This document shows, piece after piece, positions 17,522 through 26,400 of a DNA stretch of 48,672 nt (positions within the stretch are counted from its first letter, which is position 1; each line of letters starts with the position of its first letter). Made by a program: the position numbers and the translations under genes. This DNA is from Nanobdellota archaeon (GTDB taxonomy: Archaea > Nanobdellota > Nanobdellia > SCGC-AAA011-G17 > JACPIM01). The notes beneath the pieces were generated by a model. It saw nothing but the letters and a program-made list of their open reading frames with translations, was not told the DNA's origin and did not search any database. The stretch is from NCBI GenBank assembly GCA_038045665.1, contig JBBSXW010000068.1, positions 3,251 to 51,922 on the forward strand, in the 5' to 3' direction.

Positions 17522-18757
17522 ATGTTCAAATTCCTAAAAGAAAAGCTGAAAAAAGCAATTTCATCTATTGGAAAAAAGATCGAAAAAGAAGCAGAAACAA
17601 AAGAAGAAACACCGCAACCCCAAGAAGAAGTAAAAGAAATAACCAAAAAACCAGAAGAAAAAAAAGAAAAGTTCTCTTTATTTAAAAAAAAGAAAAAAGA
17701 GATAATTGAAGAGCCTAAAGAAAAGTTAGAGCAAGAAGTCAGAGAAACAAAGAAAGAGGAGCCAGAGCTAAAAAAAGAGCCAATTAAAGAAGAAAAACCA
17801 GAAATTAAAAAAATTGAAGAAATTATTAAAAAATCAGAGGTAAAGCAAACAAGAGAAGAGCCACCAATTGAAGAGAAAAAAGGTTTCTTTGAAAAGTTCA
17901 GGGAAAAAATAACCACCAAAAAAATCTCCGAAGACACATTTGAAGAATTATTTCAAGAACTGGAAATTGCGTTATTAGAAAACAATGTAGCATTGGAAGT
18001 AATTGAAAAAATCAAAGAAGACCTAAAAAAGGAATTGGTAGATAAACCGCTTCCTAGAGGCGATATAGAAAAAACCATCAAAGAAAGCTTGAAAAAATCT
18101 ATAGAGGATCTTTTTCTAATTCCGGATATAAACGTTATAAGCAAAATTAAAGAAAAAAAAGACAAGCCATTTGTAATAGTCTTTTTCGGGCAAAACGGTT
18201 CAGGAAAAACTACTTCTATAGCAAAAATCGCTAACTATCTTCAAAAAAATAAAATCTCAGTTGTTTTGGCAGCATCAGATACTTTTAGAGCGGCATCCAT
18301 CCACCAGCTTAAAGAATGGGGAGGCAGGCTAAAAGTAAAAGTAATTGCTCATGATTATGGCAGCGATCCAGCAGCGGTTGCATTTGATGGAATTAAATTT
18401 TGCCAAGCCCATAAAATAGATGTCCTTTTAGTGGATACAGCAGGAAGGCAACATTCAAATATTAATCTAATGAAAGAGATGGAAAAAATAGTAAGAATTG
18501 CAAAACCAGATTTGAAAATCTTCATAGGAGAAGCGATAGTAGGAAATGATGCAGTTCAGCAAGCAGAAGATTTCAATAAAGCCATAGGCATTGACGGCTC
18601 AATACTAACAAAAGCAGACGTAGATGAAAAAGGAGGAGCAATAGTATCCATATCCTACATAACAAAAAAACCAATACTTTTTCTTGGCGTAGGACAGATG
18701 CCTTCAGATCTTAAGGAATTCAGCAAAGAAGAAACTATCCAAAGTCTAGGGTTTTGA
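17522..18757 (+). CDS. ftsY: Signal recognition particle receptor FtsY
   Basis: Lys/Glu-rich N-terminal A-domain followed by an NG domain (FFGQNGSGKTTSIAK, DTAGRQH, TKADVDEKGG). Confidence 0.9.
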   Translation: MFKFLKEKLKKAISSIGKKIEKEAETKEETPQPQEEVKEITKKPEEKKEKFSLFKKKKKEIIEEPKEKLEQEVRETKKEEPELKKEPIKEEKPEIKKIEEIIKKSEVKQTREEPPIEEKKGFFEKFREKITTKKISEDTFEELFQELEIALLENNVALEVIEKIKEDLKKELVDKPLPRGDIEKTIKESLKKSIEDLFLIPDINVISKIKEKKDKPFVIVFFGQNGSGKTTSIAKIANYLQKNKISVVLAASDTFRAASIHQLKEWGGRLKVKVIAHDYGSDPAAVAFDGIKFCQAHKIDVLLVDTAGRQHSNINLMKEMEKIVRIAKPDLKIFIGEAIVGNDAVQQAEDFNKAIGIDGSILTKADVDEKGGAIVSISYITKKPILFLGVGQMPSDLKEFSKEETIQSLGF

Positions 18758-18801
18758 AATCTCAACCAACCTTTATAAACCCAATTTATTAGCCTTATTC
18801 T

Positions 18802-20142
18802 ATGGTTTTAGAGAAATTAAGCACCTCATTAAAAAGCATCTTAAAAAAGATAGCCAGAGCAGGATTCGTCGACAAAGCGCTTATAGAAGAGCTCATAAAA
18901 GAAATACAAAAATCCCTCATTCATGCAGATGTAAACATTAAGTTAGTTTTTGAATTAACCAAGCAAATCAAAGAAAGGGCATTAAACGAAAAACCCCCTG
19001 CAGCCATAACACAAAGAGAATATCTTATAAAGGTGGTCTATGAAGAGCTAGTAAAATTCCTAGGTGAAGAAAAGAAAGAGTTAAACCTAAAACAAAAACC
19101 TACTAAAATTCTTTTGTTGGGTCTTTTCGGTTCAGGGAAAACAACAACCGCAGCAAAAATAGCAAATTACTACAAAAAACGCGGGAAAAAAATCGCATTA
19201 ATCGGCTTAGACGTTCATAGACCAGCAGCTATAGCACAGCTTGAACAACTAGGGGGAAAAATAAACATTCCTGTATTTTCTGATAAAAAAGAAAAAGATC
19301 CTGTAAAAATTTACAAAAAATTTCAAGATGAATACAAAAAGTTTGATATGTTGTTAATAGACACAGCAGGAAGAGACGCTTTAAGCAATGACCTGATTGA
19401 AGAAATTAAAGAATTAAACAGGGCAATAAATCCACAAGAAAAAATACTAGTCGTTAGTGCAGATCTAGGTCAAGCAGCAGAGAGACAGGCAAAAAAACTT
19501 CACGACACTGTGAATATTACCGGAGTTATAATAACAAAGCTAGACGGTACCGCAAGGGGCGGCGGTTCATTGACAGCCTGTGCCATTTCAGGAGCACCTA
19601 TAAAGTTCATAGGCATCGGAGAAAAGATAGATGACCTAGAAGAATTCAACCCAAAAGGATTCGTTGGTCGCTTACTTGGAATGGGTGATTTAGAAGCTCT
19701 GCTTGAAAAAGCAAAAGAAGCAATAAGCGAAGAGCTGGCAGAAGATCTAGGTAAGAAATTTTTGAAAGGAGAATTTAATTTCTTGGACTTATATGAACAA
19801 ATGCAAGCAATGAGCAAGATGGGTCCTTTAACTAAAGTCATTGATATGATACCTGGAATGGGCGGAGTTAAGATTCCTAAAGAGATGCTTGAGGGGCAGG
19901 AAGACAAAATGAAGAAATGGAAATTTATTTTGCAATCACTTACGAGAGAAGAGCTTGAAAATCCTGAAATTTTAACAAGCAGTCGGATAGAGAGAGTAGC
20001 GAAGGGAAGCGGGACAACCACTCATGAAGTAAGAGAATTGTTAAAGCAATACAAACAATCTAAAAAATTAATGAAAATGATGAAAGGTCAAGATCCAGAA
20101 AAATTAATGAAACGGTTTAAAGGAAAAATTCCTGGGTTTTAA
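18802..20142 (+). CDS. srp54: Signal recognition particle protein SRP54
   Basis: NG domain (GLFGSGKTTTAAK, DTAGRD, TKLDGTARGG) plus Met-rich M domain (MIPGMGG...MMKG). Confidence 0.92.
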   Translation: MVLEKLSTSLKSILKKIARAGFVDKALIEELIKEIQKSLIHADVNIKLVFELTKQIKERALNEKPPAAITQREYLIKVVYEELVKFLGEEKKELNLKQKPTKILLLGLFGSGKTTTAAKIANYYKKRGKKIALIGLDVHRPAAIAQLEQLGGKINIPVFSDKKEKDPVKIYKKFQDEYKKFDMLLIDTAGRDALSNDLIEEIKELNRAINPQEKILVVSADLGQAAERQAKKLHDTVNITGVIITKLDGTARGGGSLTACAISGAPIKFIGIGEKIDDLEEFNPKGFVGRLLGMGDLEALLEKAKEAISEELAEDLGKKFLKGEFNFLDLYEQMQAMSKMGPLTKVIDMIPGMGGVKIPKEMLEGQEDKMKKWKFILQSLTREELENPEILTSSRIERVAKGSGTTTHEVRELLKQYKQSKKLMKMMKGQDPEKLMKRFKGKIPGF

Positions 20143-20789
20143 TAGCTGCGATACCTAGTCATAGTTTGCTGTCTCACTGGGTGACTTAAACAACCACCAT
20201 ACAAACCACTTCTCACTCTATTCCGCTTGCCAGATAGATCATCATCTAACCAATAGGGTATATCTTCAGATTTCCGATTGCCAGTAACACCCCAACTTTC
20301 AACACGTCTTTCTAAATCCTGCAAATCAATATGTCCAACTATCCTACATCTAGCAGGTAATCCATAGCTTCCGCTTACATTATGACTCATAGCCGCAAGA
20401 TGTACAGATCCGTGCTCGCCGTCAGGATCAAGAATCATATTAGTTCTCTGAAAAAAAGCCCCGTTAAAAACCAACAAGTCATTTTTTTCCGAATTATACG
20501 CATACCACTGGCCATTTAATTCGGCTATCCTATACCCTCTAGAGGCTAAAAAGATCTTTTCTGTTTTATCTGGCCTAAGAAGCCTTTTAGCTATATTTAA
20601 TTCGCTACTTACTCCAGAGTCTAAAAAATCATGCAAAACCTCAGGATCTCTCGTTATCCTTAAAGAAAGCCTATTAATGTCATCTCGCCCGATAAGGTCG
20701 CTATTGTCTTCTAAGCACAATGCTCTCAAGGAGTAATCATCATCAACATATTCCCCAACACCGTCAAACATCTCAGATTCATCACTCAT
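20139..20789 (-). CDS. Hypothetical protein, compositionally atypical (acidic N-terminus, Lys-poor)
   Basis: 216-aa ORF with no motif I recognise. Lys content and codon GC look clearly different from flanking genes. Confidence 0.5.
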   Translation of the reverse strand: MSDESEMFDGVGEYVDDDYSLRALCLEDNSDLIGRDDINRLSLRITRDPEVLHDFLDSGVSSELNIAKRLLRPDKTEKIFLASRGYRIAELNGQWYAYNSEKNDLLVFNGAFFQRTNMILDPDGEHGSVHLAAMSHNVSGSYGLPARCRIVGHIDLQDLERRVESWGVTGNRKSEDIPYWLDDDLSGKRNRVRSGLYGGCLSHPVRQQTMTRYRSY

Positions 20790-20892
20790 CTTTCACGCCT
20801 CCATACGACTTTTTTTCAGAAATTTCTATACACACGCTTATTATTAAATCTTTTGGAAACCTTTAAATTCAAATTAACAATATTAAGTAAAC

Positions 20893-21492
20893 ATGAAAGT
20901 CATACAAATCGGAGCAGAAGCAATTCTCATTAAAGAGAAAAATAAACTAATAAAAAATCGAATCCCAAAATCGTATAGGATAAAAGAAATCGACGAAAAG
21001 ATTAGAAAATCCAGAACAAAAAGAGAAGCAAAAATTCTCTCTAAATTAGATTTCGTTCCGAAAGTATTCTCTATTGACGATAAAAAAGCAATAATAGAGA
21101 TGGAGTTCATCCAAGGCGATTTATTGAGGGACATTCTAGACAGCATGAATCAAAGAGAGCTAGAAGAAATTTGCAATAAAATAGGAAAACAAATTTATGA
21201 AATGCACCAAAAAGGAATAATCCATGGAGACCTAACTACTAGCAATATGATCTTAAAAGATAAAAAAATATTCTTCATAGATTTTGGCCTAGGTTTTTTC
21301 TCACAAAGAATTGAAGATAAAGCAACAGACCTAAGACTCTTAAGGCAAGCTTTAGAGAGCAAGCATTATAAATGTTTTGATATAGCCTATCCGAATATAC
21401 TAAATAGTTATCAAGACAGAGAAGTTTTAGAATGGTTAAAAAACAAAGTAGAAAAACGTGGAAGGTATAAAAGAAAGAAAAATGAACTCTAA
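20893..21492 (+). CDS. bud32: KEOPS kinase Bud32 (Kae1-associated Ser/Thr kinase)
   Basis: About 200-aa minimal kinase: GAEAILIK, catalytic HGDLTTSNMIL, IDFGL. Confidence 0.85.
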   Translation: MKVIQIGAEAILIKEKNKLIKNRIPKSYRIKEIDEKIRKSRTKREAKILSKLDFVPKVFSIDDKKAIIEMEFIQGDLLRDILDSMNQRELEEICNKIGKQIYEMHQKGIIHGDLTTSNMILKDKKIFFIDFGLGFFSQRIEDKATDLRLLRQALESKHYKCFDIAYPNILNSYQDREVLEWLKNKVEKRGRYKRKKNEL

Positions 21493-21742
21493 ACAATACA
21501 TAGTTGTCAGAAATCCGTTTATAGACGTCTCGGAGAGAAGAGTTAGACCGCTGCATTTATACGCTATAGAAAATGACATTTGCGCTTTTGTTGGCAAAAG
21601 AAATCTTGCAGGACTAGTGCATACATTAAGTTCACAAAGGGCGCAACTCGAAGTTGATACAAGATCATTTACTAACAAAGATCTTTTAAATAAGCTAACT
21701 AATTATTTAGACAAACGTAAAGTGCAATATACAACAATTTAA
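21482..21742 (+). CDS. Hypothetical small protein
   Basis: ATG at 21482 (MNSKQYIVVRNPF...), overlapping the Bud32 3' end by about 10 nt. No recognisable motif. Confidence 0.35.
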   Translation: MNSKQYIVVRNPFIDVSERRVRPLHLYAIENDICAFVGKRNLAGLVHTLSSQRAQLEVDTRSFTNKDLLNKLTNYLDKRKVQYTTI

Positions 21743-21753
21743 AAATCGCAAAA

Positions 21754-21763
21754 CTTTTTAAAT
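21754..21763 (+). promoter_or_regulatory. BRE/TATA-like element (CTTTTTAAAT) upstream of tRNA-Gln
   Basis: Ends about 22 nt before 21785. The same CTTT(T)WAAA-type motif occurs about 25-30 nt upstream of the other tRNAs and of many ATGs. Confidence 0.45.
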
Positions 21764-21804
21764 CGCCACCTTATTCTTTTCATAAGCCCCGTGCTGTGGT
21801 TAGC

Positions 21805-21927
21805 AGCCCCGTAGAAATTTCTGCGGAATGTAGTGGCCAATCACAATGCCCTTTGGAGGCATTAACCCAGGTTCGAATATAGGAGTGGGCCCTTATCAAC
21901 CCTTGTGCGAAAGTCCTGGCGGGGCTA
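21805..21927 (+). tRNA. tRNA-Gln(UUG) with two non-canonical BHB introns (21815-21828; 21878-21913)
   Basis: Spliced model: AGCCCCG-TA-GTGT-AGTGGCCAA-TCAC-A-ATGCC-CTTTGGA-GGCAT-TAAC-CCAGG-TTCGAAT-CCTGG-CGGGGCT-A (73 nt). Intron 1 (14 nt, position 10/11): central helix CCGT/GCGG, bulges AGA and AAT. Intron 2 (36 nt, position 59/60): central helix TTCG/CGAA, bulges AAT and AGT, flanked by the T-stem. Confidence 0.8.
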
Positions 21928-21944
21928 ATTTTTAAAACGATCAC

Positions 21945-22676
21945 ATGAAAAAATATAGCTATCCCTCTCTTAAGGATATAGTAGAAAAATCTCTGAATGC
22001 AAGATATATTTTTGGAACATTTGGCGAGTCCACGTTTAGTAAAGATGCTTTTTTATTTATCATAGGTTTGTACCAAGAAGCTAAACTTAGAATGAGGGGA
22101 TATTTAGAAATGGTATACTCAAATCCTAGCGAAGGCAGATTTTATAATGAATTGTTTCAAAATGTTTTCGAAGAATTGCCCAGCGATAGACCTCGCCCAA
22201 CACAAAAAAAACCTAATAGAAGAAGAATTATTTTCAATAGAGATCAAGTAACCGAAGTAGTTAAATATTTAACAGGGAACAACGAACACCCGCCTTACAT
22301 TCTCTTAGATTCAAGAACAAGAATGTTACTTTATTTAAGAGGCTTTTTATTTCGTGGTCTCAATGTAACACATAGCAATGATCATTCATCAACCAAGATT
22401 TATTCAAGAAAACGTCCAAAGGCAATACTAAGATATCCTCAGGAAAAAAGCGGGTTAGTGCATAAAATCCAAAAATTATTAGGGGAAAATTTTGATATTA
22501 ATTCGGTAGATTTTGAAAATGGCTTTGGTATATTTGATTTGGCAAGCCTAAAAAAATTAATAGACCTAAATTTAGTCAGATATAAAGTTGGAAAAAAGTT
22601 ACAAGAGCTATTAAAAGGTATGGAACGTTGCAGTAACCAACCGGCCCCACAAGGTTTTAGAAATCATCAAACCTAA
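21945..22676 (+). CDS. Hypothetical protein
   Basis: 243-aa ORF directly after tRNA-Gln, with a basic central segment (PRPTQKKPNRRRIIF). No firm family assignment. Confidence 0.45.
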   Translation: MKKYSYPSLKDIVEKSLNARYIFGTFGESTFSKDAFLFIIGLYQEAKLRMRGYLEMVYSNPSEGRFYNELFQNVFEELPSDRPRPTQKKPNRRRIIFNRDQVTEVVKYLTGNNEHPPYILLDSRTRMLLYLRGFLFRGLNVTHSNDHSSTKIYSRKRPKAILRYPQEKSGLVHKIQKLLGENFDINSVDFENGFGIFDLASLKKLIDLNLVRYKVGKKLQELLKGMERCSNQPAPQGFRNHQT

Positions 22677-22737
22677 CTAAAGAATAAAAAACATTAAATA
22701 TTCCAAAATCACTAATATTTCCAAAGGGGGTACTTTT

Positions 22738-22983
22738 ATGCAAGAAATAGGAGAAATTTTCCAATATTATGGCAAGATAGGCGTAGCCGCAATAAGATTA
22801 AACAAGTCTTTAAAAGCGGGGGATAAAATAAAAATCCGCGGCAATACAACGGATTTTGAGCAAGAAGTAAAGAGCATACAAATAGAGCACACAAAAGTTA
22901 AAGAAGCCAAGAAAGGAGACGAAATAGGAGTAAAGGTCGACGACAAAGTTAGACGTGGCGACAAGATATATTTAGTAGAGTAA
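22738..22983 (+). CDS. Small beta-barrel protein, EF-Tu domain-2-like ('translation elongation factor-like')
   Basis: 81 aa. The pattern GKIGVAAIRL...GDKIKIRG...GDEIGVKVDDKVRRGDKIY is typical of the translation-factor beta-barrel. SD-like GGGGGT lies upstream. Confidence 0.4.
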   Translation: MQEIGEIFQYYGKIGVAAIRLNKSLKAGDKIKIRGNTTDFEQEVKSIQIEHTKVKEAKKGDEIGVKVDDKVRRGDKIYLVE

Positions 22984-23044
22984 AGCTTATAAACCGCGTT
23001 TGAAAGGTATCAATATTTCAATCTAACTTAGATATCTCACTAAT

Positions 23045-23500
23045 ATGGCCAAGATGCATTCACGTAAGAAAGGACGTTCAGGAAGCCATAACCCATCACA
23101 AAAAACTAAAAAAGGTTGGGTTATCTATTCTGCAAAAGAAACAGAAAAACTAGTAGCCAAACTAGCAAAATCAGGAATGACAAGTACGCAAATTGGCCTA
23201 ACATTAAGAGACAGTTACGGTGTTCCAAAAGTAAAATTAATAACAAATAAAAAAATAACTAAAATATTAGAAGAAAATAAGCTAACAAAAAAGCTCCCTG
23301 AAGACTTAATCTCCTTAATTAAAAAAGACGTAAGGCTACAAAAGCATTTTGAAATAAACAAAAAAGACAATGCAGTTAAAAGAGGCATCCAGCTGACCAA
23401 GAGCAAAATAAACAGACTTTCCAAGTACTACAAATCCAGAGGCAAACTTCCTGTTGATTGGAAATACGATAGCTCACAGGCAAAAATGATTTTAGAATAA
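23045..23500 (+). CDS. rps15: Ribosomal protein S15 (uS15, archaeal S15P/S13e type)
   Basis: MAKMHSRKKGRSGSHNP N-terminus, 151 aa, conserved neighbour of a RecJ-like gene. Confidence 0.9.
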   Translation: MAKMHSRKKGRSGSHNPSQKTKKGWVIYSAKETEKLVAKLAKSGMTSTQIGLTLRDSYGVPKVKLITNKKITKILEENKLTKKLPEDLISLIKKDVRLQKHFEINKKDNAVKRGIQLTKSKINRLSKYYKSRGKLPVDWKYDSSQAKMILE

Positions 23501-23502
23501 AA

Positions 23503-24900
23503 ATGCAGGATTTTTTACATGAGATTAAAAAAGACGCTAATGAATTAAAAAAACACAACACTGAGTTAATTAAAGTCATAAGCCATTTGGATGCAGACGG
23601 ATTAAGCTCTAGCGCGATAATAACAAGGGCATTAACAAGAGGGGGTTTCAAATTCTCTTTGGCTACAGTTCGGCAATTAGACGATTTTCTGTTCGATGAG
23701 TTAAGCAGAGAGAATTTCTCAACGCTGATCTTTCTTGATTTAGGCAGTGGCAGCATCAAGCAAATTGAAGAAAGGTTCAAAAACAGAACTATATACATCT
23801 TAGACCATCACAAACCGCAAGACCACAAACCAAAAAATGCTACAGTAATCAACCCGCACTATTATAATATAGACGGCAGCAAAGAGATTTCAGGAGCGGG
23901 CATCGCCTATCTGTTCGCCAAAGCCCTTGACTCTGCAAACATAGACATGGCCCACATAGCAATCTTAGGTGCAATTGGTGACATGCAAGAAAACAACGGA
24001 TTCCACTCAGATCTTAACAATTTTATTCTTGAAGATGCAATTAATTCTGGAAAAATTGAAGTGAAAATCGGTTTGAGAATGTTTGGCATGCAAACAAGGC
24101 CAATAAACAAAGTTCTAGAATATACAACAGATCCATATATCCCTGGAGTTAGCGGTAACGAGCTCGGAACTAAAAAATTCTTAGAAGAGATAGGGCTCAA
24201 TTTTGTAGAGAATGGCAAATACAAAAAATTAGTTAATCTAACAGATGAGGAAATGAAAAAATTAGTAACAGGAATAATTCTAAGAAGAATAGGTTCAGAA
24301 GAAAAACCTGATGACGTTCTCGGCAAGGTATACTTATTAGTAGAAGAAGAAGACGAAAATCCATTAAAAGACGCAAAAGAATTCAGCACCTTATTAAACG
24401 CATGCGGGCGCCTTAATAAGCCAAGCGTCGGCATAGGATGTTGCTTGGGCGATAAAAAATCGAAGGAAGAAGCAATTATATTGTTACTCGATTACAAAAG
24501 AGAGATAATCAACTCGCTAAATTGGTTCTACGCGAATAAGAATAAATTCATCGAAGGTCCAGGATACTTAATCATCAATGCAGAAGATAATATAAAAGAC
24601 ACAATGATAGGCACAATCGGAAGTTTAATTTCCAAAAACAGCATGTATAAAGAAGGAACAATCATCATAACAATGGCTTATACAATAGATGGAAATATTA
24701 AAGCCAGTTTAAGAACAGTAGGTAAAACAAAAAAAGACCTGATGGCAATAACAAAAACAATTGTAACAAAAGTTGGCGGGATAGGCGGTGGCCATAAATA
24801 TGCGGCAGGAGCGCTGATACCTCTAGATAAAGAAAAAGAGTTCATAGAAGCCACCAAAGAGGTTCTAAAAGCAGGCATAATGGAAAAAACAATTGAATAA
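23503..24900 (+). CDS. RecJ/Cdc45-like DHH phosphoesterase (GAN-type)
   Basis: DHH-family motifs (ISHLDADGLSS, ILGAIGDM, DHH-like ILDHHKP) and DHHA1 GGGHKYAAGA. Confidence 0.8.
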   Translation: MQDFLHEIKKDANELKKHNTELIKVISHLDADGLSSSAIITRALTRGGFKFSLATVRQLDDFLFDELSRENFSTLIFLDLGSGSIKQIEERFKNRTIYILDHHKPQDHKPKNATVINPHYYNIDGSKEISGAGIAYLFAKALDSANIDMAHIAILGAIGDMQENNGFHSDLNNFILEDAINSGKIEVKIGLRMFGMQTRPINKVLEYTTDPYIPGVSGNELGTKKFLEEIGLNFVENGKYKKLVNLTDEEMKKLVTGIILRRIGSEEKPDDVLGKVYLLVEEEDENPLKDAKEFSTLLNACGRLNKPSVGIGCCLGDKKSKEEAIILLLDYKREIINSLNWFYANKNKFIEGPGYLIINAEDNIKDTMIGTIGSLISKNSMYKEGTIIITMAYTIDGNIKASLRTVGKTKKDLMAITKTIVTKVGGIGGGHKYAAGALIPLDKEKEFIEATKEVLKAGIMEKTIE

Positions 24901-24936
24901 AAATGGTTATAATTGCTATATTTAAAACAACTTAAA

Positions 24937-25497
24937 ATGGCTCAAATAACAAAAAAACGCAAAAAAAGCTGGGTCAAGATAATTGCTCCCAGAGAATTCA
25001 GAAACGCAGAGTTAGGAGAAAGCCTCGTTTATTCTCCTCAAGATCTAATAGGCAAGAGACTGAATGTTAATCTGTCAACGTTAATAGGGGATATGCGGAA
25101 ACAAAACACAAATATTCTTTTTAAAATTGAAGAGATAAAGGGAAGTCAAGCAATAGCAAACATTATCTCTTTCGAAATTTTGCCTGCTCACATTAAACGT
25201 ATGGTGCGAACATTAAAAGACAGGATAGATGACTCGTTCGTGGTTTCCAGCAAAGACCATCCAAAGATTCGCATAAAGCCCTTTGTGTTAACTAAGGCTA
25301 AAACCAGCAACTCAATATTAACTTTAATAAGAAAGAGAACAAGAGAAGAAGTAACAAAAATCGCATCAAAAAGCACATTTGCAGAATTCACAATAGAAGT
25401 CATATCCGGGCAATTAAAAAAACAACTAAAGCAAGAGTTGAATAAGATATACCCTATTACTATTTTTGAAATAAGAAAAATCGAACTGCTTAAATAG
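24937..25497 (+). CDS. rps3ae: Ribosomal protein S3Ae (eS1)
   Basis: MAQITKKRKKSWVKIIAP... from ATG 24937. The listed TTG 24913 start is unlikely. Confidence 0.88.
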   Translation: MAQITKKRKKSWVKIIAPREFRNAELGESLVYSPQDLIGKRLNVNLSTLIGDMRKQNTNILFKIEEIKGSQAIANIISFEILPAHIKRMVRTLKDRIDDSFVVSSKDHPKIRIKPFVLTKAKTSNSILTLIRKRTREEVTKIASKSTFAEFTIEVISGQLKKQLKQELNKIYPITIFEIRKIELLK

Positions 25498-25534
25498 ATA
25501 ATTTTTTAAATATCCATATTAGTTTCTTTCTTAA

Positions 25535-25700
25535 GCCACCGTAGCTCAGACTACTTTTGTGGTAGGAGCAATGGTAGAGCAAATCTTCAGAGAAGAGCTT
25601 TTCTGCCTTGTATGGGAAAGAAGCCTTGAGTGAGCAGAGAAACTTGAAAGAAATTTCTATTTCACTCTCTAGGTCGGGGGTTCAAATCCCTTCGGTGGCT
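25535..25700 (+). tRNA. tRNA-Thr(UGU) candidate with four BHB introns (25550-25571, 25583-25602, 25613-25632, 25638-25669)
   Basis: Spliced model (72 nt): GCCACCG-TA-GCTC-AGTGGTA-GAGC-A-ACTGC-CTTGTAA-GCAGT-AGGTC-GGGGG-TTCAAAT-CCCTT-CGGTGGC-T.
- Intron 15/16: helix GCTC/GAGC, bulges AGA/AAT, inner helix CTAC/GTAG.
- Intron 27/28: outer helix GGTA/TGCC, central helix GAGC/GCTT, bulges AAA/TTC, inner helix TCTTC/GAAGA.
- Intron 37/38 (canonical): central helix CTTG/TGAG, bulges TAT/TGA.
- Intron 42/43: helix GAGC/ACTC (one mismatch), bulges AGA/TCT, inner helix GAAA/TTTC.
The A27-U43 pair exists only after both flanking introns are removed. Confidence 0.65.
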
Positions 25701-25702
25701 TA

Positions 25703-26329
25703 TCATTTCCTCAATACAAAAACTAAATTCTTTCCAAAAATATTAGATTCCAAAATTCCGAATCCAGTTTTTCTTACAAATTTTTTCAACTCAAAATAAT
25801 CAAATAAATGAACATTCCTGAAATAAACCTTATCTCCAATTTTCCAAGGCATTCGTATATTTTTTCTTCTAAAAAGAAACCGTAATTGTAATTTATTCCA
25901 TACCGTCAAAAGCAATATTCCTTTTTTCTTCAAAACCCTATTCATTTCACTTAAAGCTTTCTTACTATCTTTATCATCAGTAACGTGATGCAAAGACGCC
26001 ACACTCAACACATAATCAAACTCTCTATCTTTAAAAGGCAATCTAAGCATATCGGCCCTGATTAATTTAATTTTAACATTATTTTTCTGCACGTATTCTT
26101 TAGCCTTCTTCAACATATTCTTCGAAAAATCAACTCCATAACATTCAAACCCATTTTTGGCAAAGGGTATCAAATTCCTCGCATTTCCGCATCCTATCTC
26201 TAAGATCTTGCCTTTTTTTGGTTTATACTTTTCCAAGAATTCATAAACTGGCTTAAACTTCATCTGCCTAAAATTATGCCATTGCTCAGCTATGTTATCC
26301 CAAACTTCTTCTTGGTTCATGTTTAACAA
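25703..26329 (-). CDS. Class I SAM-dependent methyltransferase
   Basis: Motif I ILEIGCGNARNL, motif II-like CYGVDFS, post-I acidic residue; about 200 aa (type 11-like). Confidence 0.8.
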   Translation of the reverse strand: MLNMNQEEVWDNIAEQWHNFRQMKFKPVYEFLEKYKPKKGKILEIGCGNARNLIPFAKNGFECYGVDFSKNMLKKAKEYVQKNNVKIKLIRADMLRLPFKDREFDYVLSVASLHHVTDDKDSKKALSEMNRVLKKKGILLLTVWNKLQLRFLFRRKNIRMPWKIGDKVYFRNVHLFDYFELKKFVRKTGFGILESNIFGKNLVFVLRK

Positions 26330-26333
26330 TAAA

Positions 26334-26351
26334 GCTTTTAAAACTTAAATA
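26334..26351 (+). promoter_or_regulatory. 18-nt promoter-like element GCTTTTAAAACTTAAATA (copy 1)
   Basis: Exact copy of 27256-27273. It lies in the divergent region between the methyltransferase and nucleotidase genes. Confidence 0.5.
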
Positions 26352-26400
26352 GATGACTGTAATAATCCATAGGTATAGTAATCTTAAAAATAATAATAAA

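Noticed and set aside
17482-17937. ORFs 17482..17685 (+) and 17500..17937 (-) overlapping the ftsY 5' region
   Set aside because: They are low-complexity products of the Lys/Glu-rich (AAG/GAA) A-domain coding sequence, read in other frames or on the other strand. The ftsY frame carries recognisable domains and explains the region.
21785-21804. Using the first AGCCCCGTG copy as exon 1 of tRNA-Gln
   Set aside because: BHB-rule splicing from that copy gives C10 opposite C25, which breaks the D-stem. The second copy gives G10-C25.
21945-22676. Degenerate LAGLIDADG homing endonuclease next to the intron-rich tRNA-Gln
   Set aside because: Two weak motif-like stretches (FIIGLYQEAK, LYLRGFLFRG) lie about 90 aa apart, but they lack the conserved acidic residues. 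The resemblance is too weak to call.
19500-24434. Long antisense ORFs inside srp54 (19500..20021) and the RecJ-like gene (23907..24434), and similar shadow ORFs elsewhere (for example 789..1130, 7120..7587, 34434..35186)
   Set aside because: Each lies fully inside a well-supported gene on the opposite strand. Their composition is Ser/Leu/Phe-rich with no motifs, typical of antisense shadows in AT-rich DNA.
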